Shown here one piece after another: positions 51,042 to 60,655 of a stretch of 64,000 bases of DNA (the stretch's first letter is position 1; every line of letters begins with the position of its first letter). The notes beneath the pieces were generated by a model. That model ran no database searches. It had not been told where the DNA came from and saw only the letters and a list, made by a program, of their open reading frames with translations. The position numbers and the translations under genes were made by a program. The DNA comes from a bacterium (GTDB lineage: Bacteria > Electryoneota > Electryoneia > Electryoneales > Electryoneaceae), in contig OY769902.1 in the NCBI GenBank assembly GCA_963669175.1, forward strand, positions 3,776,001 through 3,840,000. Reading direction: 5' to 3'.

Positions 51042-51889
51042 CGTCGAGCAACTCCAGCAAGGATGTTGTGTATGGTTTCGTCTTCCTGAATGGTTTCATC
51101 CACCCAATGTACGTTGCACCGGATTTCCGGTTCCCCACCGGAAAAACTGATCTTCAGTTCCAGCAGGTCCATGCCGTCAATTCCCGGACGCTGTACCGGC
51201 ACCCCCAGCAACGTATCCGGTTGTGGCGAAGTCATCTGCGATCCGCCTGCCAGGATCAGATCAGGATGTGGTAATCGTTGAAGCAACGGCATGAGTGAAT
51301 CATCCGGGACATGCGTAATCCAGAGCGATAAATCGACATTTCCTGCTTTCATACTGTTTTGCTGTTTTGGAGACAACTCTGAATAGCCCCATGCGTCGCT
51401 GAATGCAGCCACTTGCACCACGTAGTCACCATGTGTCAGGTAAACCGGCCCGGTCTGTCCCTGCCATTGCTTCTGCTTCTGCAGTCTCGCCTCTGCCCAT
51501 AATCCCTTGTCGCCTTCTCCGGGAAGAACAAGATCATAACACAGGCTGTCCAGCGCGGCGACAATTGCAGGATAGGAAGTCGCGGGCGTCAACGGATCAA
51601 CGATGCCACCCAACTCCAGCCGAATCGTATGCGATCCTACCGAGAGGCTGTCGAATAACGTCTTCCTCTTCGCCAACCCACCCAAGGGACCAAGTTCACA
51701 GTCACAGGGCTGAATCATCCCGTTTGAATTGCCTGTGACCAGTACTTGTATTCCGGTGAAAACACTTTCCGCACCAGCTTTTCCATCCTGTTTCGGGCCT
51801 GAGCATCCGAACACCAGCAGCATCCCCAACAGGCAAAAAGCTGTGTTTAATATGAAATTTCGAGCCAGTTTATCACCTGAATTAATCAC
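51038..51889 (-). CDS. Lipoprotein, degenerate 5'-nucleotidase/UshA-like fold with CxC motif
   Basis: VFGC lipobox; GNSNGMIQPCDC...LGGLAKRKT; DLILAG. Confidence 0.6.
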   Translation of the reverse strand: MINSGDKLARNFILNTAFCLLGMLLVFGCSGPKQDGKAGAESVFTGIQVLVTGNSNGMIQPCDCELGPLGGLAKRKTLFDSLSVGSHTIRLELGGIVDPLTPATSYPAIVAALDSLCYDLVLPGEGDKGLWAEARLQKQKQWQGQTGPVYLTHGDYVVQVAAFSDAWGYSELSPKQQNSMKAGNVDLSLWITHVPDDSLMPLLQRLPHPDLILAGGSQMTSPQPDTLLGVPVQRPGIDGMDLLELKISFSGGEPEIRCNVHWVDETIQEDETIHNILAGVARR

Positions 51890-51890
51890 G

Positions 51891-52406
51891 CTATAACGCC
51901 TCCAACCTCATGCGTAACTGGAACATATCATGGAACCAGAACAGGCTGGAATCTTCACCCGGTCGCATCTCACCCAAAACATCACGTGCGCGGGTTTTCC
52001 AATAGGACGAATAAATACCAAGAATACGATCATTATGACGCCGCATCATAGCATAGGAAGTTGCGATCTCAGCCATTGTACCGCTTCTGCCCGGCAACGC
52101 AATCGCAACCGGGATTCGAAGCAGATGCGCCATCCTGTCCAGGTAATCTTCACAAACCTTGTATTCCTGAATCCAGGGATTCGGTTTACGCACTTCAACT
52201 GGCTCGTGCAGGAACCCAAAGGATGAGCCGCCGGCATCAACTGCGCCTTTACAGGCAGCAGCCATCGCGCCTCCATATCCCCCGGTCACAACCTGAAAAC
52301 CCAGCTCAGCCAACAAGGCGCCAACATCGAACCCCAATTCCCAGTTGATCCCGCCTTCATCCCAATCCGCACCACCAAACACGGCGACCTGCTTTGCACC
52401 GGACAT
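51891..52406 (-). CDS. LOG/SLOG-family Rossmann-fold protein
   Basis: VAVFGG, TGGYGGAM, LPGRSGTMAE (PGGxGTxxE-like). Confidence 0.85.
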   Translation of the reverse strand: MSGAKQVAVFGGADWDEGGINWELGFDVGALLAELGFQVVTGGYGGAMAAACKGAVDAGGSSFGFLHEPVEVRKPNPWIQEYKVCEDYLDRMAHLLRIPVAIALPGRSGTMAEIATSYAMMRRHNDRILGIYSSYWKTRARDVLGEMRPGEDSSLFWFHDMFQLRMRLEAL

Positions 52407-52597
52407 TTCTATCCCCCCAACCTTGTATCTCGTTCCTAAATGATCTTGTCTTTAGTACGACATTTCTCGGAAATCCTGACCGTTTTTAAATGGCGCAGCC
52501 TTTCCATGCGCCCAACACCTGTCAGTTTTAACAGAAATTTTCGCTGATTGATATCTTTCCATAGATTTCTATTTCGTTGATATCTTCCAACGATTTC

Positions 52598-52837
52598 TAT
52601 AACTGTTCTCGATTTTATTCCGACATAATAGAGATTACCGTGAAAAGGGGACGGGATCCTTTTCCTCGCACGCATTCAGAATACGCTTGCAACATTCATG
52701 GAAAAGGAAACTGTCCCCTTTTCCGTGTGATTCCTGCCCGCTCGCATGAAAAAGGGTACAGCCACCTTTCCCTAACCATATACGCATCGGACCACTTGAT
52801 TCCAGGGAAAGGAAACTGTCCCCTTTTTCCATATCCT
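52598..52837 (-). mobile_element. ~240-bp REP-cluster element (copy 2)
   Basis: Reverse-complement homolog of 31959-32199; flanked by an identical 30-mer at 52571-52600 and 52905-52934. Confidence 0.75.
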
Positions 52838-52904
52838 CTTTCCGTATCACCAATAGATCGCTCGTTGGATACTATCATGACGATTTATTTTCAAGAGTAG
52901 CTAT

Positions 52905-53025
52905 ATTTCGTTGATATCTTCCAACGATTTCTATCTCGTTGATATCTATCAAAGATTTCTATCTCATTGATATCTATCAAAGATTTCTATCTCATTGATA
53001 TCTATCAAAGATTTCTATCTCGTTG
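52905..53025. repeat. 28-bp tandem repeat (~4 copies, plus copies at 52547-52600)
   Basis: Unit CTATCTC(A/G)TTGATATCTATCAAAGATTT. Confidence 0.85.
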
Positions 53026-53027
53026 TT

Positions 53028-53236
53028 TTAGCAGGCTTTAGCCTGCTCCTCTTAGCCCCCGGCTTCAGCCGGGGGGAAGCGGCAATAATCATATAGAGCG
53101 CCCTTCAGGGTGCTTTCCTGATAAGTACTCCCAATACCACCCCATACAAGCACGCTAAAGCGCGCTCATATATTTTGTTATACCCATTCACCCGGCTAAA
53201 GCCGGGTGCTAAGAGGAGCCTGCTGAAGCAGGCTAA
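53028..53236. repeat. REPIN-like nested inverted repeat (CCCGGCTT.AGCCGGG family)
   Basis: Arms 53028-53078 and 53187-53236 are near reverse complements; inner hairpins GAGCGCCCTTCAGGGTGCTT and AAGCACGCTAAAGCGCGCTC. Confidence 0.85.
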
Positions 53237-53272
53237 CGGCTTTCAATTCAACAAAGAATCTCGTGAATTATC

Positions 53273-53398
53273 ATACTATATACTGACTTTATTTAATTTC
53301 CAAGTTAATTTCTACACTATATACTGGCCTATTTTATTTCCAGATTGATTTCTATACTACATACTGGCTTTATTTAATTTCCAGGTTAATTTCTATAC
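53273..53398 (-). repeat. Triplicated 40-41-bp 3' end of the saccharopine dehydrogenase gene
   Basis: Units 53273-53313, 53314-53353 and 53354-53394 each read (I/V)EINLEIK* on the minus strand. Confidence 0.9.
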
Positions 53399-54521
53399 CA
53401 CGCTTTAACAGCGAGGCCACCATATTGTCCGTGTCAACCGAGCGTTCCTGATACAACACGCCACGTTCCTGCAAACGACCGTCAAGAATCATATGCAGGA
53501 TGATTGTACCCGGCCAGGCCGTGCAGCGTTGCATCGAAGTGAAACCGTCCTCTTCGTCCATGTAGTCAACCATGGTGTATATAGCGCGCGCCATTTTGTT
53601 GTCCTTCTTCCCCACCACGGTAACCCGCATCAGGGTGACATCCGGCGCATTGTGCGGCAAAGAATTTGTCAGCATGGCTTCAAACACTTCACGCGGCACA
53701 ACATCGCGTCCGTTGATGTTGACAACCTCTTCCGACCGGAACCCTATATCAAACGCGAAAGTGATCAGCCTGGAATGACCAGGATAACGAAGCGTCTTGC
53801 AATCCAGCGTCTTTAACTGATCCCCGAATGTCTGGGGCAAGGTAGAGACACCACCTGACGTGTAAAAAGCTTCGTACTGACGTCCTTCAAAATCAAGTAT
53901 TTCCAGTCCGGTCAAGGATGGCTTGGTTGTAACAATGCCGTTCTCGATAACCACGCTGGGTTCGAGGTATTCATTGGTCAGCCCACGTACGCTGAACAGC
54001 AGCGAATAATTCAGCGGCGGAATCGGTTCCTGCGGTAGTCCTCCAACACGAATATTCGCGGCATGTGCTGTATCCAACTTGCTGATCCCCCCGGCAACAA
54101 GAATCCCGGCTAATCCTGGGGTCAATCCTGTATCCGGTACGATGGCGACCCCTGCTTCCTTCGCCTGGACATCAAGCTTATGCTGATTGTCCACAACTGT
54201 ATGGTTCCCACCATAATCGATGGCATTACAGTGTTCAGCAATGGCCCACTCTGTAAGTTGCTCGTTCAGCGCGTAATCAGCCGCGAACACGGCCCCATCA
54301 GCTTCACGTAGCAGTTCCCTGACTTTCGTTTCATCAGTGCAACTTACCTGAATTGTATGCGATTCATCCAGCTCCAGTTTTTCCCGCGCTATTGTCAGTG
54401 ATTCCGCCGAGGCATCCGCGATTTTCACCTCGTATCCATCTTTTCGCAGAAAATCCCAGGCCGCCGACATCCCCTGGCGTCCGCCGCCAAGCACAATAAC
54501 CTTCTTCAATGACTGAGCCAT
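53370..54521 (-). CDS. Saccharopine dehydrogenase / lysine 6-dehydrogenase family protein
   Basis: VLGGGRQG, DTGLTPG, VGGLPQ.P.PPLNY, GLTNEY, EAFYTSGG, KTLRYPGH. Confidence 0.88.
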   Translation of the reverse strand: MAQSLKKVIVLGGGRQGMSAAWDFLRKDGYEVKIADASAESLTIAREKLELDESHTIQVSCTDETKVRELLREADGAVFAADYALNEQLTEWAIAEHCNAIDYGGNHTVVDNQHKLDVQAKEAGVAIVPDTGLTPGLAGILVAGGISKLDTAHAANIRVGGLPQEPIPPLNYSLLFSVRGLTNEYLEPSVVIENGIVTTKPSLTGLEILDFEGRQYEAFYTSGGVSTLPQTFGDQLKTLDCKTLRYPGHSRLITFAFDIGFRSEEVVNINGRDVVPREVFEAMLTNSLPHNAPDVTLMRVTVVGKKDNKMARAIYTMVDYMDEEDGFTSMQRCTAWPGTIILHMILDGRLQERGVLYQERSVDTDNMVASLLKRGIEINLEIK

Positions 54522-54721
54522 GCGTACCTCTCCCTTGCAGTTTCCCCAATCTTTGAAAGTAGGCAACACAGCCCACAGGAACAATGCTGACACGAAAAAA
54601 CACTACGCGAGATAAGGCTTTCACTTCTCCGTTTATTCTATAAAATACAACAAAATAAGGCTACCTCCGAAGAAGCAGCCATGATTTAAAAGGATGTGCT
54701 GGAAGTGTTATCCGGTTTTAT

Positions 54722-56035
54722 TCAAGCCGTCTGAATGTTCAGCAGAAAACGCCAAACTGGTATTACTGTAATTCCCCCTTCCTCGACTTCGATTGTTTCT
54801 TCTTCGCTTCTTGTGACAATTATACCGGATGTGAGCCTTAGCTCGTTCATCGCTTCCCGCATTGACTTGATTTCACGTTCTCGAGTTCCAGAATCAACCA
54901 ATGACTCGCAAACCTGTACCAGAAGATGGTTCTGGCCTTTCACCGGTACGATAAAATCAATCTCGCGACCATGCTTTGTCTTGTAATAATAAATATTTGG
55001 ATAATGCTGACGCAAAGCTACAAACACCAGGTTTTCCAAGAGATGCCCAGAGTTCACCAAAATCCCGGACGACACCGATGTTACCAGGGCATGATCAATA
55101 CAGTAAATCTTCTTTGGATTTGTATTGCTTCGTGCCATGGACGCATCGAAAATGCGCACAGTGAAAAGGAAATAAGCATCTTCAAGCCATTCCAGGTAAT
55201 CCGACACAGAAGCCTTGGGGACACTATGTCCAAGTGATTTCAGGTAGCCGGTCAATCGGTTCACTGAATAGAGCGATGCACAATTGTCAAGCAGCCAGTG
55301 TGCCAGATCAGATACTGCTTTAGGATGCGAAATGTCATGGCGTTCTATCAAATCCCTCAACAGGATGGTTTGAAAATATTCCTGATACACTTTAATCCTG
55401 AGGTTCCTGTTCAGGTTACGCACCTCAGGAAAACCACCGGTCTCCCAGAATTCCGCAAAAGATTTCTGTACCAGTAAACGCTGTTTCGAAGATAATGTCC
55501 CGTGGTAATCAACACCTTTCCAATCCAGATATTCCTTAAAAGAAAAGGGGAATATTTCCCATGATAAAGCTCGCCCCCGCATCTGCGTTGCAATCTCTTT
55601 CGAGAGCATATGTGCAGATGAGCCTGTCAAATAGACTTCACATATTTCAGTCCGCAGAAGACGATCAACAAACGATTCCCATCCATTCACCGCCTGGATT
55701 TCATCGAAGAAACAATACACCGTTTCAGAATTTTTCTTCTCCGGGTATAGTGAATAATAAGCTTCTGATATCAAATTCAAGCCCTCATGACGAAGGGTAT
55801 GCAGGCGATCATCGAAGAAGTTGATATACAGAATATTCTCATGCGCGACTCCATTAGCCAGCAGTTGTTCGATCACCTGGAATAGATACGTTGATTTGCC
55901 ACTTCTTCGCACACCAATACAGACAGAAGCTTTGCCCTGGATCGTTTCAATATGCAGATGTCGTGGCACACCTGTTTCACGGTGTGCTTCGTGAAAATCC
56001 AGGATTATGGATTTGATTGTCTCGATCACTACCAC
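54722..56035 (-). CDS. AAA+ ATPase with DUF4143-like C-terminal domain
   Basis: GVRRSGKST, FFDEIQ, LTGSS, GGFPE, KKIYCID, LENLV, REIDF, QVC. Confidence 0.88.
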   Translation of the reverse strand: MVVIETIKSIILDFHEAHRETGVPRHLHIETIQGKASVCIGVRRSGKSTYLFQVIEQLLANGVAHENILYINFFDDRLHTLRHEGLNLISEAYYSLYPEKKNSETVYCFFDEIQAVNGWESFVDRLLRTEICEVYLTGSSAHMLSKEIATQMRGRALSWEIFPFSFKEYLDWKGVDYHGTLSSKQRLLVQKSFAEFWETGGFPEVRNLNRNLRIKVYQEYFQTILLRDLIERHDISHPKAVSDLAHWLLDNCASLYSVNRLTGYLKSLGHSVPKASVSDYLEWLEDAYFLFTVRIFDASMARSNTNPKKIYCIDHALVTSVSSGILVNSGHLLENLVFVALRQHYPNIYYYKTKHGREIDFIVPVKGQNHLLVQVCESLVDSGTREREIKSMREAMNELRLTSGIIVTRSEEETIEVEEGGITVIPVWRFLLNIQTA

Positions 56036-56157
56036 CTCCGGACAAATATTTTTCCAGAAACACGATCAACCGGTAATAAATATAGCCAGTTCACCCCCAA
56101 GATGCAAGCGATCCTGAAAGGAAACGATGTTCTAATCCTTTACTATAATTCGCAGTA

Positions 56158-56188
56158 ACAAAAGAACCGGCAAAAGCATTGCCGGTTC
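56158..56188 (-). terminator. Terminator after trxB
   Basis: GAACCGGCAA-aagca-TTGCCGGTTC with an A-rich flank. Confidence 0.6.
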
Positions 56189-56217
56189 CCGATATGACAA
56201 CAGGTTTAGTAGAAAAT

Positions 56218-57204
56218 CTACTCAGCGCTCTCCATCCAGCGTTCACATTCGATAGCAGCCATACAACCGGTTCCGGCTGCTGTGATCGCCTGACGGTATA
56301 CCTTGTCACGAACATCACCGGCAGCAAAGACGCCTTCGATCTTTGTTTTTGAGGTGCCTGGCTCCACGATCAGGTAGCCGGTTTCATCCAGTTCCAACTG
56401 ACCTTCAAACAGGGTTGTATTCGGTGTGTGCCCGATTGCAATGAACAGGCCACGAACCGGAAGCTCGGAAAACTCGTTGGTTTTGACATTCTTCAGCTTG
56501 AGGGCTTGTACGCCATCTTCACGTGTGCCCATGACTTCTTCCACCACGGAGTCCCATACGAACTCAATCTTGGGATTCTCCAACCCCTTCTGCTGCATGA
56601 TCTTGGAAGCGCGCAGTTCATTGCGGCGATGAATCAGGTATACCTTGGTAGCAAAGCGTGTCAGGAATGTGGCTTCTTCCAAAGCAGTATCTCCACCGCC
56701 AACCACGGCAATATCCAGATCCTTGAAAAAAGCGCCATCACAGGTAGCGCAGGCCGACACACCGAAGCCCTTGAAATCGGCTTCTCCCGGTACGTTCAGG
56801 TAACGTGCCGTGGCGCCGGTAGCGATGATGACACTATCAGCCAGAATCTCTTCATCTTCTACCCACAGCTTGAACGGACGACCATGGGTCAGGTCCACTT
56901 TGGTCACATCCTCCTGGCGCAGTTCTGCGCCAAAACGCTCAGCCTGCTTGCGCATCTGGTCCATCAAGTCGGGTCCGGTGACACCTTCCGGGAATCCCGG
57001 GAAGTTTTCCACATCCGTCGTGATCATAAGCTGACCACCAGCGGCATAACCTTCCATAACCAGCACGTTCAGATCAGCGCGTGCGGTGTAAATCGCGGAT
57101 GTCAAGCCGGCCGGTCCGCTTCCGATAATTACGACCTGGTAATGCTTGGTACCATTGTCAGAAGTCTTTTTCGTGCCTGAATCGATGTTTACGTTGATGT
57201 CCAT
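56218..57204 (-). CDS. trxB: Thioredoxin reductase
   Basis: GSGPAG, GGQL, VSACATCDG, GGGDTA, HRR, AAGDV, RQAITAAG. Confidence 0.97.
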   Translation of the reverse strand: MDINVNIDSGTKKTSDNGTKHYQVVIIGSGPAGLTSAIYTARADLNVLVMEGYAAGGQLMITTDVENFPGFPEGVTGPDLMDQMRKQAERFGAELRQEDVTKVDLTHGRPFKLWVEDEEILADSVIIATGATARYLNVPGEADFKGFGVSACATCDGAFFKDLDIAVVGGGDTALEEATFLTRFATKVYLIHRRNELRASKIMQQKGLENPKIEFVWDSVVEEVMGTREDGVQALKLKNVKTNEFSELPVRGLFIAIGHTPNTTLFEGQLELDETGYLIVEPGTSKTKIEGVFAAGDVRDKVYRQAITAAGTGCMAAIECERWMESAE

Positions 57205-57225
57205 CTACTCCCCCATTATGTCGGG

Positions 57226-57957
57226 TTATCGTTTATGTTCTGTTTCCGCAGAATGTAACAGTGCGAGGGCAACTGGAACAGCAGTTTCGGTTCTGAGCCT
57301 GCGTGGACCGAGCGAAATTGGTGTCCAGTTTTGATCTTTCAGGAAAGCGATTTCATCCTCGTGAAAACCACCTTCCGGCCCGATGATCAAAGCAATTTCG
57401 CTTCCTTCCTGAATTGCCACAGGTTCATCTCCTTCAGGATCGCAGTAGAAACGATATGCCGTGTCAGCTTTTTCGATGCACCAGGACAACAATGGTTGCT
57501 CGTCATGAATGGCTGGCACGAGCCCACGTGCTGTCTGTTTGGCAGCATTCAGAGCACGTTTCTCTGTTTTTTCCGCACGCTGGCGTGACCAGGACGCGAC
57601 ATTATGGCGCATGACCAGAGGTGTGACATCATATACCCCGGTCTGCACTGCCTGGTCAACGGCGTCCATGAACTTGTCCGCCTTGAGCACCCCGAGTCCC
57701 AGGGAGATTTTGAGCGTTGGTTCTCCCCATCGTTCGAGATGCTCTTTCAATGAACAAAGCGCTTCCGTCTTTGACGCAGCAGAATCGAAAACCGCATTCC
57801 AGGCCGATCCCATCCCATCAATCAGGATCAACTGGTCACCGGGAGTTGCCCGACGCACACGTAGCAAATGATGCGCTTCTTCATCACGCACCACCGCACG
57901 CGCCTCTACCGGATCAACGTCTTCCGGTTGTACTCTGTATACTTCGATCTGTGCCAT
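57226..57957 (-). CDS. rsmE: 16S rRNA m3U1498 methyltransferase
   Basis: HHLLRVRR, IGPEGGF, LGPRRLRTETA. Confidence 0.93.
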   Translation of the reverse strand: MAQIEVYRVQPEDVDPVEARAVVRDEEAHHLLRVRRATPGDQLILIDGMGSAWNAVFDSAASKTEALCSLKEHLERWGEPTLKISLGLGVLKADKFMDAVDQAVQTGVYDVTPLVMRHNVASWSRQRAEKTEKRALNAAKQTARGLVPAIHDEQPLLSWCIEKADTAYRFYCDPEGDEPVAIQEGSEIALIIGPEGGFHEDEIAFLKDQNWTPISLGPRRLRTETAVPVALALLHSAETEHKR

Positions 57958-58058
57958 GCAGCAAAGATAGAATGAGTAATAACGTGATGCTATTCGAAGG
58001 ACTCAAATTTTCCCTCCGGGCGCTTTTCCCCTTCCTGCCCATTGAATGTGAAATATTC

Positions 58059-58087
58059 TTGCAAATTGCTCTCATTTCCACTAGTTT
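58059..58087 (+). promoter_or_regulatory. Putative sigma70 promoter
   Basis: TTGCAA-N17-TAGTTT upstream of the peptidase gene. Confidence 0.5.
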
Positions 58088-58191
58088 GGAAGATTCGGGT
58101 ATTCAATACATACAACATTCGCTGCACTGGTTTAACACCTTTCCAGTGCGACGGTTAAAGCGTTTTGTTTCGCCAGTCAGGAGGACATATC

Positions 58192-59808
58192 GTGATAGGG
58201 AATCAGGAAGCTGAAAACGCTCTCCGAGCTATTCTGGAAGAACGAGACAAAGAAATTGAGCCACTTCGTATAGCTTGCAACGAGGCAGAATGGCAAGCAT
58301 TGATGACTGGTGCAGAAGCAGATTTCAATGCGTTTGAGGAAGCGGAACGCACCCTCAAGTTGAAGATGGGAAACCGTGAACTGCTGGAAGAATTGAGTAA
58401 ACGGTTGAGCGATCCGGGTGTTCAGGATCATATGGTTCGCCGTTGGGCTCATCTTCAGCGTCTGGAAATGGTCCCGAACTGCCTGGAAGAAGAAGTCCTC
58501 GCCGACTTGATCAGCCGTCAGAAAAAGATCGAAGCCAAGGTCAATAATTTCCGTCCGCAAGTGTCTGGTGAAACAGTTACCATGAACCAGATCAAGGACA
58601 TTCTTCGCAACAGCAAGGACATGGGATTGCGTCATGAGACCTGGGAAGCCAGCAAAGAAATCGGCCCCATGATCAACGAAGAGCTGATCGAACTGATCAA
58701 GGCTCGTAACCTGGCCGCTCGTTCCATTGGTTTTCCTGATCACTACCGCATGTGTCTTGAACTGCAGGAAATCGATGAAGCCCGCCTGTTCAGCTCCCTC
58801 GGTTGGTTTGCGACCTTGAGTGAAGATGAATTTCGTCGCATGAAGGCCAAGCTGGACCGTCAGATGGCGGATCATTTCGATATCGATGTGACTGATCTTG
58901 AGCCTTGGCATTATTCTGATCCGTTTTTCCAGGAAGCGCCGGGTGTTGTCGCAGCAGATAGCGATGAAGTCTTTGGTCAGCAGGAGACATTGCGTTGGAC
59001 CAAGCGCTATTTCAAGAATATCGGGCTGCCCATCGACAACATCTTCGAGAAGGGCGATTACGAAGAACGCGCGGGCAAGTACCCCCACGCTCTTTGCCAG
59101 GTTATTGACCGGAAGAGCGATGTTCGCGTCCTGTTGAACGCCAAGAACGACACCTACTGGGCAGATACTTCGCTGCATGAATTCGGCCATGCGGTATATG
59201 AACTTCATTACGACAAATCCCTTCCGTTCACATTGCGTCAACCGGCGCATACAAGTGTTACGGAAGCCGTAGCGATGTTCTTCGGACGTTTGGCGCGAGA
59301 ACCCGAATGGCTGGCGATGATGTTCCGCCTGAAAGGTGAAACACTACGCAAGCTGTACCAGCCGATGAAGGAATGGCAACGCATGGAACGTGCGATCCTC
59401 GGCCGCTGGATCCTGGTGATGTCGCACTTCGAACGTGGTCTGTATCGTGATCCTGACCAGGATCAGCAGACACGCTGGTGGGATCTGGTGGAACGCTTCC
59501 AACTTATCCGCCCGCCGATGGGACGCAGTGATAAGGCAGATTGGGCAGCAAAAGTTCATATCGCTATCGCACCCGTGTATTACCACAACTATCTGTTGGG
59601 CGAGTGGATGGCCAGTCAGTTCCACTATTCCCTGATCAAAGACTTGAATCCGGAAGACCCTATCTGGGTGAACATGCCTCAGTTAGGCGAATGGTTCAAG
59701 GAGAAGATCTTCAAGCACGGATCTCTTTGGCACTTCAACGAGTTGATTCGTAACGTGACCGGGCATGCAGCTCGTCCGGATGAATTCGCTAACCAGTACT
59801 TGAGATAA
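58192..59808 (+). CDS. M3/M2-like (gluzincin) zinc metallopeptidase
   Basis: AGGAGG RBS plus GTG; LHEFGH...TEAVAM; HIAIAPVYYHNY. Confidence 0.88.
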   Translation: MIGNQEAENALRAILEERDKEIEPLRIACNEAEWQALMTGAEADFNAFEEAERTLKLKMGNRELLEELSKRLSDPGVQDHMVRRWAHLQRLEMVPNCLEEEVLADLISRQKKIEAKVNNFRPQVSGETVTMNQIKDILRNSKDMGLRHETWEASKEIGPMINEELIELIKARNLAARSIGFPDHYRMCLELQEIDEARLFSSLGWFATLSEDEFRRMKAKLDRQMADHFDIDVTDLEPWHYSDPFFQEAPGVVAADSDEVFGQQETLRWTKRYFKNIGLPIDNIFEKGDYEERAGKYPHALCQVIDRKSDVRVLLNAKNDTYWADTSLHEFGHAVYELHYDKSLPFTLRQPAHTSVTEAVAMFFGRLAREPEWLAMMFRLKGETLRKLYQPMKEWQRMERAILGRWILVMSHFERGLYRDPDQDQQTRWWDLVERFQLIRPPMGRSDKADWAAKVHIAIAPVYYHNYLLGEWMASQFHYSLIKDLNPEDPIWVNMPQLGEWFKEKIFKHGSLWHFNELIRNVTGHAARPDEFANQYLR

Positions 59809-59809
59809 T

Positions 59810-60457
59810 ATGCAGATCGAAGCAATTCGAGTCGGAAGTTTGGAAACGAACGCACTCGTTGTCTATGACAGCGAGTGCGCTGTTATTGTAGATCCCGGTG
59901 ACGAGCCAAACCGATTTATCCACTTCCTGAATCAACGTCACCTGTCCCTGAAAGCGATTTTGCTCACTCACGGACACGGCGACCATATCGGCGCGGTGAA
60001 GGAGCTTCGTAATCACTTTGCCGATGCGGAAGTCGTGTGTCACCCGGATGACGCGCCCATGCTCACCGACCCCATGAAGAACCTGACGGCATTGATGGGA
60101 CAAAGCATCACTGCCGGAAAAGCGGACAAGCTGGTGAATGATGGCGATACGTTGACCTATGGTTCGATGTCCTTCAAGGTGATGCATGTACCGGGCCACA
60201 CACCCGGTCATATTGTTTTCCTGATCGAGAATCACCTGCTGGCGGGCGATACGCTGTTTGCCGGTGGTGTGGGACGATGGGATCTGCCGGGTGGCAATGG
60301 TAGAGTCCTGTTCGAGGCGATACAGGAAAAGCTGATGACGCTTCCTGACAATGTAAAAGTCTGGCCTGGGCATGGCGCAACAACAACCATCGGATTCGAA
60401 CGCCAGAACAATCCCTATCTGGAACCAGGATTTAATCCGGACATGATTGGGTTGTGA
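59810..60457 (+). CDS. MBL-fold metallo-hydrolase (glyoxalase II-like)
   Basis: THGHGDHIG, PGHTPG, GDTLF, PGHG. Confidence 0.93.
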   Translation: MQIEAIRVGSLETNALVVYDSECAVIVDPGDEPNRFIHFLNQRHLSLKAILLTHGHGDHIGAVKELRNHFADAEVVCHPDDAPMLTDPMKNLTALMGQSITAGKADKLVNDGDTLTYGSMSFKVMHVPGHTPGHIVFLIENHLLAGDTLFAGGVGRWDLPGGNGRVLFEAIQEKLMTLPDNVKVWPGHGATTTIGFERQNNPYLEPGFNPDMIGL

Positions 60458-60549
60458 ACATTTAATCATCCATAGCTACGACATTTAAAGGGTTGATTCG
60501 ACAATAGAATCAACCTTTTTTTAGTGTTGGAGACTGATTTCTGGCACTT

Positions 60550-60655
60550 CCACAGGATACTGATACCTCCAAGGGATACTGATACCTCCAAGGGATACTG
60601 ATACCTCCACAGGATACTGATACCTCCAAGGGATACTGATACCTCCAAGGGATAC
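60550..60655. repeat. 19-bp tandem repeat (~5.5 copies)
   Basis: Unit CC(AAG/ACA)GGATACTGATACCT; variant order BAABAA. Confidence 0.9.
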
